Assembly (NCBI RefSeq): GCF_028641065.1
Contig: NC_073381.1
Coordinates: 9,920,001 to 9,984,000 of the forward strand
Direction of reading: 5' to 3'
From: Leucoraja erinacea
Taxonomy: Eukaryota
Length of the DNA stretch: 64,000 bases
The position numbers were made by a program, and so were the translations under genes. The stretch's first letter is position 1; each line of letters opens with the position of its first letter. Below are positions 12,543-25,711 of this stretch, in pieces. The notes beneath the pieces were generated by a model. The model was not told where the DNA came from, searched no databases, and was given only the letters and a program-made list of their open reading frames with translations.

Positions 12543-14236
12543 TCTATATCTATCTTCTATATTACTAAAAGTCTGTTCTTGACCGGTTTTGGCGATCTGT
12601 GCTGCGATTTCCGAGAGAACGCCGCCACCTACGGTCGTCATTTTTGGCCACCTCGCTCAGAGCCCCCCTCTGCCGCATGTGTGCCGAGGATTTTTCCAGT
12701 CGATGAAAAATGAAAGAAATATTAATGGTTTTACAAAATTCCCCATTCTCTCTGCTGCCCCTTCTGGCGGCAGGGGGGAGGGACTATAAAACCAGGAAGT
12801 GGTGTGCCTCATTCAGTCTCTTCAATATGGAGGAAGGCAGACGGGTCACGTTTCTCTGAGCTGTCAATACACACTGAACACATGTTCACACAACTGAGTA
12901 AGTACCCTTAATGTGGTTTGAAAATGAATATATGGTTAACGTAAAAAAAAAGCACTGCCTGCAACTGGTTGTTTGGGGGGTTTGGGTTGAAATAAAAAGG
13001 CACTCTCTCTCTCTCTCCCCCTCCAATCTCTTCTCCCCCCCTTCCTCCCCCTCCCCCCTTCCTCCCTCCCCTCCCCCTTCCTTCCTCCCCCCCCCTTCCC
13101 TCCCCCTTCCCCTTCCTCCTCTCCCCTTCCTCCCCATTTCCTCCCCTCCCCGTCTCTCCTCTCCACCTTCTCCCCCCTTCTCCCCTTTTCATTTACCCCC
13201 CTCTCCTCCCCTCATATCTCCTCTTTTAGCTCTTCTAATTTATTTCTAGATTCTCTCACATTCAGCTCCCCTCCTCAAGCACCCCTTTACACCCTTCTCT
13301 CCTCTCCGACATCTCTAGATCTCCCCTATTTTTTCTAGCCCTCCTCCCCCCCTGTCCCTCCCCTGAAACCCCCCACCCCTCCATCCACACCCCTAACCCC
13401 CACCTGGAACTATTTCTCCCTGCTCCTCACCTCTCCCCTAGACCCATTTTGCTCAGCACACACCCCCTTATAGAAACAGAAAATAGGTGCAGGAGGAGGC
13501 CCCCCTCCCCTCTCCCCCTTTCCCCCTCCCCTCTCCTCTTCTCCCCTCCCCTTCACCCCCCTAACCCCTCTCCTGTTCTCCCCCTCCCCTCTCCTCTCCC
13601 CCTCCCAAGAGCTCTCTCTCCTTCTCCCCTCTTTTCCTCCCCCTCCCTCCTCCTCCATCCCCCCCCCCACCCTGCCTCTCCCTAACCCCCCCCTCCCCTC
13701 CACACACCCCTACCTTCCACCCTCCCCTTACCTCTCCCCCTCCCCTCACCTCTCCCCCCCCCCTCACCTCTCCCCCCTCACACTCTCCCCCCCTCACTCT
13801 CATCCTCTCTCTCTCCTCCCCCTCCACTCCCACTTTTCCCCCCTCACCCACCCTCCCCTTCTCCTTCTTCTCTCCACCCCCCTTCCCTCTTGCCCCTTTC
13901 TCTGTGTCTCTGTCTCCGTCTCTGCCCCTTCTCCTCTCTGCCCTAACTCTCTACCCCCACCCCCCCCCCCCCCCCCCCCCCCTCTAGATGTGACTGCAAG
14001 TTGGGGGCTATGCGTCAGTAGATCGGGTGGTTATGGGGGTAAAAGGAGCAAATTAATAATATTAATATAATATCAAGGGCAGTAATTAGCGTGAGTGCGG
14101 GGCGGGGGGGGGGGGGGGGGGGGGATAGTTAGGGATGGAGGAAGGTAGTGTGTGCTGTATGCTGTATGCCGCCCTCCCCCCCCCCCCACAACCGCACGTT
14201 GGGGGAACAGACACAACGGGTCTGCACTTGGTCTAG
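12543..14236 (+). mobile_element. Non-autonomous Helitron, complete copy
   Basis: Starts A|TC (tctatatc...tatattactaaaag), ends CTAG|T, subterminal hairpin cagacacaacgggtctg at 14208-14224, no TSD. Confidence 0.8.
13000..13985. repeat. About 1-kb C-rich polypyrimidine low-complexity tract inside the Helitron
   Basis: Almost only C/T, with a long poly-C run near 13955-13983. Confidence 0.95.
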
Positions 14237-14580
14237 TATATTACTAAAAGTCTGATCTTGACCGCTTTTGGCTCGCTGTGGTGTGATATTCGAGAGAACG
14301 CCGCCACCTACGGCAGTCACTTTTGGCCACCTCGCTCAGAGCCCCCCTCCACCTTCCGGGACCAGAGGATTTTTCCCATTGATGCAAAATCAGAGAGATA
14401 TTAATGTTTTTTTTTAAATCCCCCATTCTCTCTGCTGCCCCCGCTGGCGGCAGGGGAGCGGGATTATAAAACCCAGAAGTGTAGTCCCTCACTCAGTCTC
14501 TGCCCAACGCAGGAAGCGAGAGGGTCATGGCTCTCTGAGCTGCGAATAACACTGAACGCACGTCTACTCCACGGCTGTAA
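14237..14580 (+). mobile_element. Second, 3'-truncated Helitron copy in head-to-tail tandem
   Basis: tatattactaaaagtctg... is colinear with 12558-12900 but diverged. Confidence 0.8.
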
Positions 14581-17273
14581 GGTAACTGCTGCACAATTGT
14601 TTGTGGGATTAACCTCGTGAACCTACGCTGCACTCCCTCAATAGCAAGGATGTCCTTCCTCAAATTAGGAGACCAAAACTGCACACAATACTGCAGATGT
14701 GGTCTCACCAAGACCCTGTACAACTGCAGAAGGACCTATACTCAAATCTCTCGTTATGAAGGCCAACATGCCATTAGCTTTCTTCACTGCCTGCTGTACC
14801 TGCATGTTTACTTTCAGTGACTGGTGTACAAAAACACCCTGGTCTTGTTGCACTTCCCTTTTTCCTAATCTGACACCATTGAGATAATAATCCGCCTCCT
14901 TGTTCTTGCCCCTACAATGGTTAACCTCACTTTTATCTACTGTCCATTATACTGCATCTGCCATGCACCTGCCTACTTCCTGTAACCTCATAGCATCCTC
15001 TTCGCAGTTCACACTGCCACCCAGCTTTGTGTCATCTGCAAATTTGCTAGTGTTACTTTTAATTCCATCATCTAAATCATTAATATATATTGTAAATAGT
15101 TGCGGCCCCAGCACCGAACCTTGAGACACTCCACTCACCATTGCCTGCCATTCTGACAGGGAAATATTTATTCCTACTCTTTTTTCTGTCTGCCAACCAA
15201 TTCTCTATCCATGTCAATACCCTACTCCCAATACCATGTGCTCTAATTCTGCCCACTAATCTCCAATTACCAACTGGATATTTCAAATTCTAATTCAGGA
15301 ACCTTGGTTCGAATAGCATACACCCTTCAGTTTGATGCATTGCTATGCATTTGGATTTGAGAAAAGTTAGGCTATTTTAAACATATAGGGTAATTATTAA
15401 ATGTTGTATGGTACTGAGGTTGATGGGAGTCCCAGAGCTAGAATGTTTAAACCAATAAAATGGATGAGTATAGCAGGCCTGCACTAATTAATTATAGAGC
15501 TGCAAGGAAGTTATTTTCCTATGCAACATAGACTCGACCCAAAACATCACCCATTCCTTCTCTCCAGAGATGCTGCCTGGCCCACTGAGTTACTCCAGCA
15601 TTTTGTGTGTATTTGTGTAAACCAACATCTGCACTTCCTTCCTACATAATGTGAAAGGGGATGTTGACTTAACGGCTAAAAATTCTTATCTTTCTTTGAG
15701 GTCAGCCATGGTAATCAACATAAAGTCAGGAAATGCAGGCCAAGTGCCAATAGATCTGCGCTATCTCCTGATATGCAGGAGGCTCTCATTGGAAGCTAAG
15801 CTTGATAGAGTGAGCATGAAATAGAAAAATGTGGTTTTGTATGGAAACACTGTTTCTATGATGGATGATTGGACATTGGCATCTTCCTATAAAAGGCTGC
15901 TTTATGGTTGAGCCCGATACTGTTCCTTTAGTGAGTGCTTTGCTCCATTGCTGCATCAATGACACGAAACATGCTTTGTGCACCAATTGATAACATTGCT
16001 ATGCACGCTGTGGTTTTCCCTTTTAAGCACATCTTGCATATAGCAAGCCAGCCATTGAACTTCATATTCATGGATGTGTTTTTTGTTGTTCGATCCTTCA
16101 AATTGCCCCCATTGTCCTTCAAATCAGTTGCAGAGCACATAAAATGATATGCAATACATGATAACATTTTATGCTGGAGTGCCTCCATCATTCATGGTTC
16201 ATGATTATTTCTAAGTCTCACCATCAACATTTTCTCTTGATACTTTTAGGGCACATTGCTTCCAGTTAAAAATATATAATATATTGCAAATTATAACAGT
16301 CACAGAAAGATTCTAAAAACTGAGCAAAATGCCTCGAAGTAAATGAAACATTACCAAATAATTGCCAAAGTGATATATTTAGAACATATTATTAAAAGCA
16401 TAAAAAACTCATTTTAATTAACTTTTAAAATAACTGTCAGCTAAACATAAAACAACTTAATTGGAATTATTGGACTGCTCCTCAGACGTTATTCCCCACA
16501 TATAGTACCTCCTGCAGACTCTCAACTATCTGCTCAATGATGAGTATGTCATTAACTGTTTCCCACATCCTACCCTGGGGGCTAAACATCAATAACAGCC
16601 CACTTGACTTGTGACTTGCAAGAACATATGGCTTTATTGGTATTGTCATGTGTAGAGCTCCACCTGTCATTGCCAAGGGATTTAAAGCATTTTTTCCCTT
16701 TTGTTTTATCGAAAGAACTGTCAAGAGATGTCTTACAATTCAACTATTCGTCTGAATGCGTCTGCCTCATTTTACAACTGGTCTCCTTTTAAAACTCAAA
16801 ATTATAAGAATGTACCCTATGCATTAATGTTAACTTACAATCAATGTTCCTAGTGATCTAAAAGATCTCCACTGCTGCTTCAAAGATTGCAATGGGGCAG
16901 TAGTTAAAACACTGACGCACTTGTGTGCCTCTATTTAAAAGATAAAGGGATACGTTTTATGAGGCTCTGATCCCTGCATGTAAGCTTCTCCCATGCGAAC
17001 AGTATCTACAATGAGGAATGCAGTACATATAATAGCTTGTGGAAGACATGCACTTGATTTGTCATGATCATAATTTTCTTCTGTTTAGAACATTTTTCAG
17101 AAAAAATCATGACCACAGTTTAACCCAACTCTCACTGATGTTTGTGGTAAGTGATGCATTGCACAATCTGGCCAAATTCCTCAAATATCTTTAGTTTTAA
17201 CAGTTTCTATTTCTTGTGTAATATTTCTTGCTGATAAAAAAAAAATTACAACATTTCTCTTTGAACTGCCATA

Positions 17274-17312
17274 TTATATATATATATATATATAAATACA
17301 GTACATATATGC

Positions 17313-17347
<35 letters not shown>

Positions 17348-17358
17348 TATATATATAC
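17274..17358. repeat. (TA)n microsatellite, imperfect
   Basis: Seen directly. Confidence 0.95.
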
Positions 17359-17789
17359 AGTGTGCAGAGAATACAAATCATGCAAACTTTGGAAGTTTCA
17401 AAGAAGTGACGATAGTGAGAATACTCTCCGAATTGTGTTTTGTTGCTGTTTATATTGTTTTTGTTTCATGCTTGTTTTAATTGTATGGTGTCATGCTTGT
17501 TTTAATTGTGTCCTTGAGAGTCCTGAAAGGCACCCTATGAATAAAATGTATTATTATTATTATTATTAATACAGGATGGGAGGAGGCCAGACCACCAAAA
17601 GCCCTCTTTCCCCATTCGAGTGGATCAAGGTCAAATATATAAAACCCCATGGAATCTCAAAGAACTCACAGGAAGAGGCCATTTGGCTCAATAATTATTT
17701 GCCATTGTTCATGCTCCACATTTTGTGGAATTTTCTTATCGTCTTTCGTCTTACTTTTTATTCCATTTTCCTGCATGTGCTTGCCCAGT

Positions 17790-18412
17790 TCACCTGAAGT
17801 GGTCGCCAACCACAGGTACCTTGGTGTGCAGCTTGACAGTGAGCTGCACTGGAAGAGTCATATGGAGGCGGTGTACAGGAAGGGACAAAGTAGACTGTAT
17901 TTTTTAAGGAGGCTAAAGTCATTTAATATCTGTCAACCCCTACTGTGCAGTGTCTACCATTCAGTGGTGGCCAGTGCTCTGTTTTTTGCTGTGGCCTGTT
18001 GGGGAGAAGGCGCCCGAATAGCGGACAAAAGCAGACTGGATAAGCTGATCAGGAAGGCCGGCTCAGTGGTTGGGGCAGAGCAACTAACGGTCAAGCAGGT
18101 GGCAGAGGCCAGAACTCTGAAAAAACTAGGCTCAATAATGACCAACCCCACTCACCCACTCCACGCCCTGAAGGTGATCAAGTGCAGCATCTTCAGTCAG
18201 AGACTGATTGCACCAATGTGCAAAACGGAGAGACATAGGAAGTCTTGTATACCAGCTGCTATAAGGTTTTATAATGCACAAAAATTTTAACTTATTATGT
18301 ATTGAAGATATCTGTTGAAATGTGTGGTGTTATGTCTGTCTTGAAGCTGTTGTGGCACTGTAATTTCCTGTAAAGGATTATTAAAGGTTATTCTCTTCTC
18401 TTATTCTCTTTC
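17790..18412 (+). mobile_element. Rex1/Babar LINE 3' fragment
   Basis: ORF 17649-18290: YLGVQLDSELHW...KGQSRLYFLRRLKSF...VVASALFFAVACWG; simple-repeat (ttctc) tail. Confidence 0.85.
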
Positions 18413-19590
18413 TCTGAACCACTCATAGTGTTATCTGGTTCAATATCATTACCATTGATTAAAGAGGCATTATTTTAATAATCCTTTAATTCCTCAAGGT
18501 CGGCTGCAGGTGGCATCCCCAGGGCACAAAGGTGGACGGGTGAGGAGAGGGATGTCAGTTCGATGGTTGATCCACATGTCCAATGGACACGATGGCTGGA
18601 GACTCTGTTACAGCCTATTGCTTGCCTGGATCGGGCAGCGGTCATTAGATCAGCGCAGACTAGATTTTGAAAATGGCACCAAAACTGGCGCCTCTTGTAT
18701 GTGGGCTCATTAGCCTATTTCTGTACACTTCCAGGGATTGTGCTTAGGTATGGCAATAGTTTACTGAATTTTATGCAAGGAAAGAATCTCACTGTGCGTT
18801 TGCACATATGACAATAAAGCACTATTGAACCATGTTTGGTACAAATGAATTTATCAGTAAAAATCAGTTTGGCATAAAATTACAACTAATTCACTAGTAC
18901 CCGAGAGGGGGGGAAAAAAATGTTGGGTGGTATTTTGGGTGACTCCGATCACATCATTATTCTTGGCTATTAACTGGTCCAGAACCTATATGGGGTCTGA
19001 TCTATAAATCTCATCTTGCTTGGAATGACAAGGATTAATATAACAATTTTGAATTATTTGCTTGTCAAATATTATAACATTGCTTTGTTCTTCCAGCATA
19101 TCTTTCCTAAAGAGAATGAAGGTACAAAGTGCTCAAGGTGCAATATATGTTTTAGATTTGAGTTACAAAATCTACACATGCAGGAACAAATTGAAGCAAC
19201 TCCATTCTTTTGCAGCAGGAAACTGCAGCTAATCCTGAGCCAGGCTAAGGAGAAAATAACATACATAGCCTGGCCTTCTGACAAAACTCAGCAATGCTGA
19301 GCATTGGCATGCATGTATACGCTTCCCCTATTGTTTCACAGTTGTGTTAAACTTAATACATCATAGATATTATTATATCCAGCAGTTTGCTGATGTAATT
19401 TAGCCTTCCTTTGAAGACATAATGGACCGCATATACTGATTCACAAAAAAAGACACTTTGAGGAGGAAACAGTACTTTGTAATTTCCTTTAAAGCTCTGG
19501 TGATATCTGAAAGGAATTTAACTTGAGTTTATGGATCCGTGCTAAACAGCTTGCAAGATGCAGTCAATGACTATACTGTAGTAGCCTCAC

Positions 19591-19689
19591 CTTCGGACTC
19601 TCACTTCTTGGGCTTGATTGAATGGATTTCTGCCTCTTGAAGTTCTCTGATGCCAGTCTGGCTGTATAGAAACCAGCCTCCGCTGAGCA
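19591..19689 (-). CDS. COL19A1: COL19A1-like linker exon (99 nt): CSAEAGFYTARLASENFKRQKSIQSSPRSESPK
   Basis: gtccccag acceptor, AAG|gtgagg donor, open in phase 0-0. Starts with Cys and a GF motif like the post-TSPN linker exon of collagen XIX. Confidence 0.7.
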
Positions 19690-21399
19690 CTGGGGACATC
19701 AAGATTATACAGTTTTACCACAGATCAAGGGAATGGACATAATAATAAAACGGCCTAATTCAGATTAATCATTTGACTTTGCCATCAGAGCCATAATCTT
19801 CCTGGTTTAAGACCATGCTGACATTACTCTTCCCCATGAGACACTTCTCATTAAATCACTCACAAGATACCATAACTTTCAGCCTTGAAAGATAGTCACC
19901 AGTCAGGTAAAATGTGCTCATCCAACAATTTTGGTTGTGTTTTAATGTTATTTAAAAAATGGAATATATTGGCTGAGGTCACCGTCACCCACAGAGCTCT
20001 TCACACCACACTAAGGTATCAGAAGACCGATGAAGATATCTATTCAAAGTTACAGTGGGTCCCTTATAAATGCACAACACCAGAGGTATAGCCCACGTAT
20101 TCCCATGGAAGACAGAGGATCGGGAGATGTGTCAAACGTCATATAGTGTAAAACAGCAACGAAACAGAGCCAACTCAGCCATGCACACTAAAATGCCCAT
20201 CTAAGCTCATCCCATTTGTCTCTGCTTGGTGCATATTCCTCCAAACCTTTCCTATGCATGCTTTTGTCCAAATGCCTTTTAAATGTTGTGATTGTACTTG
20301 CTTGAACCACTTTCTCTGTCAGCTCATCCATGTATAGGTGGATGAAGAATCTGGGTTGCAGTCCTGATGGCCTTTAACTGGCCTACATTCCCTGCATGCC
20401 TGGCCCCATGATGGATTCATGGGATCACTATTCATCGGATCACTATTATTATCATATAATAGTTGTATGATGGGCACTTAGAGGGAATTAGCTCATGGAA
20501 ATAAACCATATCTTGACAGAGACCTAAAAGTCTTCTGCACTTTCATTATCTATCAGTTACGTCCAGTCATTACAGTGACTTGTCCTCCGTGGGAGCCAAA
20601 TAATATATGGTCCTAACACAGAACATTATAACTATAGTGGAAAGACACAAAAAGTTGGAGAAACTGAGCGGGTCAAGTAGCATCCCTGGAGAACGTGAAG
20701 TGATTTTTCTCAAGATTGCCAGTATGTCAAGGGAGGGAGGGTAGTACAGAGGCAGATAGGTGATAGCTGGAACCAGATGGGGAGGGGATGGTGGAAAGAT
20801 AGAATTAGATGGTGGGGGAGGGGATGTGAGGGATGAATAAAAGGAGAAAAAAAAACTAGGTGGCCAGGCATGTGTATGTGGGAGAAGAGTACTGGGGGTA
20901 TCAGAAATTGAAAACAATCAATATTCATACCACTGGGATGCAAGCTATCCATGCAGAATATGAGATTTTGTTTTTCCAGTTTGCATTTGGGCCTCTGCAG
21001 CTATAGAGAATGCTAAGAGCCAAAAAGGTCATTGAGGAAGTATTGGATATTGTGAAGATGTGAAGTTTTGGGCACTTTGATTGCTTTTACAAAACAATAT
21101 TACAAAGGTGATTTTTCTCAAATTTCCTTTGTCCTCCCCTTTACACAATTGACATTTCACTTGAAACACATTTTGAGCTTTTATTGATCAAAAGGAATTG
21201 TACTCTCATTATTTCCCTTTTTATTTAACCCCTCTCATTTCTTTAAATTTCACCAAAAACACCATTCTGCTCCTGCTGATTTTGTGCATCTTGTCTAAAT
21301 CTACCATGTGGTATAATAATAACCTGACAGATTGGTTACAATGATAAATATATGCCATGTAAACAGATCAGGTAGACACACTGTACCATTTCTATTCCA

Positions 21400-21765
21400 T
21401 ATGGAATAGATCGGGTAGACGTACAGAGTTTACAGAGTAGACGCTGAGTCTAACGAGTACAGAGTAGGGGAATCGAGAACCAGAGGGTATATGTTTATGG
21501 TGAAGGGGGAAAGATTTTCCAGGAATCTAAGGGGTAATTTTTTCACACAAAGGGTGGTGGGTGAATGGAACAAGGTGCCGGAGGAGGAGGTAGCTGAGCA
21601 GGGACAATCGCAACGTTTAAGAAGCAATTAGACAAATACATGAAGAGGACTCATTTAGAGGGATATGGGCCAATTGCAGGCAAGTGGAACTATTGTAGAT
21701 GGGACATGTTGATCGGTGTGGGGAAGTTGGTCCGAAGGGCCTGTTTCCACACTGATTAACTCTAC
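21400..21765 (+). mobile_element. CR1-type LINE 3' fragment
   Basis: ttttttcacacaaagggtggtgg...gggatatgggcc...gaagggcctgtttcc; same family as 49530-50250 and 54620-54905. Confidence 0.7.
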
Positions 21766-21779
21766 AAACAAATACATCC

Positions 21780-24058
21780 TGCTGGCTAGCTACTGGCCAG
21801 TTCTCTGCTGTTTTCGATCAGCTCTGTGCCTCCTCCGCTTCCACTTCTCTTGATACGGAGGAGATCAGTTCTTGGTTTCACTCCTCCTGCAGAACTATAC
21901 TGGACTCTGTGGCTCCATTAAAAACTTTGCAGCCTAGAGCTAAACCCGAGCCCTGGTTCATTGACGTAACTCGTACAGCTCGACGGGATTGTCGCAAAGC
22001 TGAACGCAAGTGGAAGAAGGACAAGCTGCAGGTTTCATTTCAAATCCTAAAGGACTGTTGGTGTCATTACCAGAACACTTTTAAAGAGGCCAAAAGAGAA
22101 TACCTGTCAAACATTATTGTGTCTAAGCGTCACGACCCACGTGTGCTATTTAAAATCATCGACTCTGTTCTTAATGCCCCACAGCCCGTCTGTCTGGAAG
22201 CATTCGGCTGAAATGTGCAATGACTTCCTGCATTTTTTTATTAATAAGGTTGTTTCCATAAGGGCTCTCATTTCAGCTCCTGCCTCTGACCCCTCTGTTT
22301 CTGTCCTATGTCTGGTGGTATTGGATAAGTTTGTGCCTGTGACATTGTTGTGTTTAGAGGATGTGGTTAGCCATATTAAGCCATCGGGTTCCCCTTGTGA
22401 TGCTGTCCCTCCTCATCTTTTTAAAGAGGTTTTCCCCAGTGTAGGGCAGTTGGTTTTTGCCATTATCAACAGCAGCTTGTGTTCTGGGGTTGTCCCCGTA
22501 AGTTTTAAACATGCAGTAGTGCAACCACTACTTAAGAAACCTGGCCTGGATCAAACTGTTCTGGCCAATTTTAGACCGATTTCCAAGTTGCCTTTTATTT
22601 CTAAAATTCTGGAGAAAGTTGTTTATGCTCAGCTAAAACTTTTCTTGGACGAGCATAATATTCGGGAGGTTTTCCAGTCTGGGTTTAAAACTATGCATAG
22701 CATAGAGTCAGCATTGTTAAGGGTTTTTATTGACATCCTCCTAGCTAATGATTCTGGTGATTATGTGGTTCTTGTCCTGCTGGACCTATCTGCCACCTTT
22801 GATACAGTGGACCATGGTATCTTAACATCTCGGTTACAGCACCTAGTGGGCATTTGTGGCAGTGCCCTGGGATGGTTCAGGTCTTATCTGGCAGACAGAA
22901 CTATGTGTGTAAGCCTTGCTGGTTTTGAATCCTCCTCCGCTCCTCTGTCATATGGGGTTCCACAGGGCTCAATTTTAGGGCCCCTGCTTTTCTCACTGTA
23001 CTTATTTCCTCTGGGTTCCATTCTTAGAAAGCATGGCATCTCTTTTCATTGTTATGCTGATGATAGCCAACTATATATGCCACTGAGGAAAGAAGATACC
23101 TTTTCTGTCAAATCACTTGTGTCTTGTCTTGAGGACATTAAGTCCTGGATGGCCCTAAACTTTCTAGGGTTTAATGAAAAGAAGACAGAGGTGATATTGT
23201 TTAGTCCCAATGGCTGCCGTGAACCTCCCCCTGTTGACTTCGGTCCCCTGGCACGGTATGTCAAGCCAACAGTTTTGGACCTGGGTTTTAGGATGGACAG
23301 TGATTTTAAATTAGATCATCAAATAGGCGCAGTGGTTAAGTCCAGCTTCTTTCACCTAAGGCAGCTGGCAAAGGTGAAGCCCATTCTTGAGCGGCAGCAT
23401 TTTGAAACAGTAATCCATGCCTTTATCACATCTAGGCTGGATTACTGTAATGCACTCTATTTTGGAGTTGCTCGATCTTCCCTGGCTTGTCTCCAGTTGG
23501 TTCAAAATGCTGCTGCTCGTCTTTTAACTGGAACTCGAAAGAGGGAGCACATAACGCCAATTCTGGCCTCCCTCCTCTGGCTCCCGGTGTACTTTCGAGT
23601 TCATTTAAAAATTATTTTATTTGTTTTTAAATCTTTGAATGGGCTCGCCCCGCCTTACCTCTCTGAGCTGCTTCATCCATACGCTCCTGCCCGGTGCCTC
23701 AGGTCAGCTGATCAGCTGCTCCTGGAGGTACCGAGGTCTAAGCAGAATCTCAGAGGGGATAGAGCCTTCTCTGTTGCTGCTCCGGCGCTATGGAACACTC
23801 TACCGTTGCACATCAGACAGGCCCCTTCACTGTCCATCTTCAAAATCAATCTTAAAACACATTTATATTCCTTGGCTTTTGACCCTGCTCCTGTTTTAGT
23901 GCTTTTAATGTTTTTAATTTTATTGTTTTTACTTTCTCTTCTAGTGTTTTTATTGTCGTGTAATAATTTTTTTTGTACATGATTAGTCTGTACAGCACTT
24001 TGTGGCAACAGGGGTCGTTTTTAAAGTGCTCTATAAATAAAGTTATTATTATTATTAT
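21780..24058 (+). mobile_element. 5'-truncated L2 LINE with nearly intact RT ORF (22117-23982; frameshift near 22200)
   Basis: NFRPISKLPFISKILEK, FQSGF, LLDLSATFDTVDH, GVPQGSILGP, CYADDSQLY, SRLDYCN, QLVQNAAARLL; (TTA)n tail. Confidence 0.95.
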
Positions 24059-24402
24059 CCAGCACAGCAACAGTGGTTCCTTGTGCCAATTAATACATTC
24101 ATAAATGATCTTATCGTTGTCACAACTCCACATTCCTTTCTGTCAGTGGTAATCTTTCACTCACTTGCTTAACAGTTATCTATCTACTGTAGCAGAAAAA
24201 AGATATTCAATGACACTGATTCCATCATCTTTCGAGGATGAGAATTTCAAAAACATACGATGGTTTAAGAGAAAAATAACTTATTTTCTGCCTTAAATGG
24301 AAGACCCTTTCATTTCTGGTGAGCAAAGGACTCACAGCCAATGATTCAGAAAAAAGCTTTACTTTAATAACCCTTGCTTGGTGAAAACAACGGCCTACTT
24401 AC

Positions 24403-24483
24403 CAGGGCACCCGGAATTTCACAGCAGTTCTCCAGTTCTGCCAACTGAGGGTTGCAGTAAATCATTATCCCTTGAAGGTCAAA
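24403..24483 (-). CDS. COL19A1: COL19A1-like exon (81 nt): FDLQGIMIYCNPQLAELENCCEIPGAL, end of TSPN domain
   Basis: tatgtag acceptor and CTG|gtaagt donor. IYC...ExCCEI motif of FACIT collagens. Not in the ORF track; translated by hand. Confidence 0.92.
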
Positions 24484-24861
24484 CTACATAAAGATACCAG
24501 AAACAGATCATTATACTTTCATCTTCTACATTGTGCCTCAGCTATCCAAATTAATTTAACGTCATGGCTCCTTCAATATAACAACAATTAATCCCCAAAT
24601 AATTAACAGATAATACATGAATCTTTCAGTTTTCAACCAAAAATAAGCAAAAATCATTGCCAGAATCCTGCACGAAAACTGCACTTTATTCCTTGCACCA
24701 CTAAAAATCTATGGAGGCAATACATTTATTAATATAAATCATGCCTTTTAAATGCAGGTGCTGTGCATGGACGATAAATGTTTGTGTTTATGCAATGGGA
24801 TTTACCATGCAGCGACATGACCAGGCAACTTGGGAGTACAAAACCTGGATAAGTAACAAAG

Positions 24862-25170
24862 TAACATGGCGGTGCAGCGGTAAAGTTGTTGCCTTATAGC
24901 ACTTGCAGCGCCAGAGACCCGAGTTCGATCCTGACTACGGGTGCTGTATGTACGGAGTTTGTACATTCTCCCCGTGACTGCGTGGGTCTCTTCTGAGATC
25001 TTTGGTTTCCTCCCACACTCCAAAGATGTACAGATTTGTAGGTTAATTGGCTTAGTATTAGTGTAAATTGTACCAAGTGTGTGTGGGCTTGTGTCAATGT
25101 GCGGGGATCACTTGTTGGAATGGACTCGGTGGGCCGAAGGCCCTGTTTCCACACCATATCTCTAAAACGG
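24862..25170 (+). mobile_element. tRNA-derived V-SINE (HE1-like), full length
   Basis: A box ggtgcagcggtaaag, B box gagttcgatcc, V-domain-like gtttgtacattctccccgtg, CR1-like tail gaagggccctgtttcc. Confidence 0.85.
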
Positions 25171-25293
25171 TAATGGATAACTTTGAATAATATTCTGGTA
25201 TGATTTAGTTGCAACTTATTATAGAAAGTGAAAGTTGGTGTATTTTCCTTCCATTTGTTTAAAACTGAAAAAAATGAAATTTTACCAAACAGT

Positions 25294-25711
25294 TTTCTTC
25301 TTGCGAATAAAACATAAACCAAAGGAATAGTTAGATCTCAAGCCGGGTATTGAGCAGCCAGGTTGTTGTCTTTGCGTCAATGTCTGCCAGCCCTGAGCTC
25401 CATTTGGTGGGTGGTAGAGCGGGCACCCAGAGATGACATAGTTGGCTGTCTGTTGTTCTGCTCCGCATTCACAGGCTGGGCTCTGGCGGAGCCCCCATCT
25501 CCACGTGCTGGCATTGAAACACCCAACTCTAGTACGAAGTCTGTTGAGCTTTACCCATGCTCCTCCGGGGAGGTCAGACCCTGGACAGCTTTTATCTGGT
25601 GAAGAGATGTAGCTGTGCAATGGAGATGAGGTCGCCTTCCACTCCAGTGACCACTTGGTGGCTATCCAGTGTGCTTTAGTCTCAGTTGGCTGGATGGGTG
25701 CTAGGACTTTC
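25294..25711 (-). mobile_element. Vingi/Ingi-like LINE 3' fragment with 10-bp TSD
   Basis: WVKLNRLRT...WG...PACECG..QT..Y...CP zinc-knuckle C-terminus, (GAA) tail, TSD ACCAAACAGT at 25284-25293 and 25712-25721. Confidence 0.75.

Larger units (their letters stand above)
12090..15262 (-). mobile_element. CR1 LINE (12090-12542 and about 14604-15262) interrupted by Helitron copies
   Basis: CR1 3' end at 12090; RT motifs QGSVLGP, KFADDTKL and LVRPHLQYC at 14604-15262. Confidence 0.85.

Noticed and set aside
12886-13851. Gly/Glu/Arg-rich and Pro/Ser-rich ORFs
   Set aside because: They are translations of the low-complexity C-rich tract inside a Helitron; no Gly-X-Y register or splice support.
15786-16191. 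Cluster of short ORFs in unique sequence
   Set aside because: No recognisable motifs and no splice sites fitting the collagen frame.
17197-17569. Tyr/Ile-rich ORFs
   Set aside because: Translations of (TA)n and (TTA)n repeats.
22117-23982. Host or domesticated gene with hydrophobic C-terminus
   Set aside because: It is a 5'-truncated L2 ORF2 with an intact tail; the hydrophobic end is read-through into the T-rich 3' UTR.
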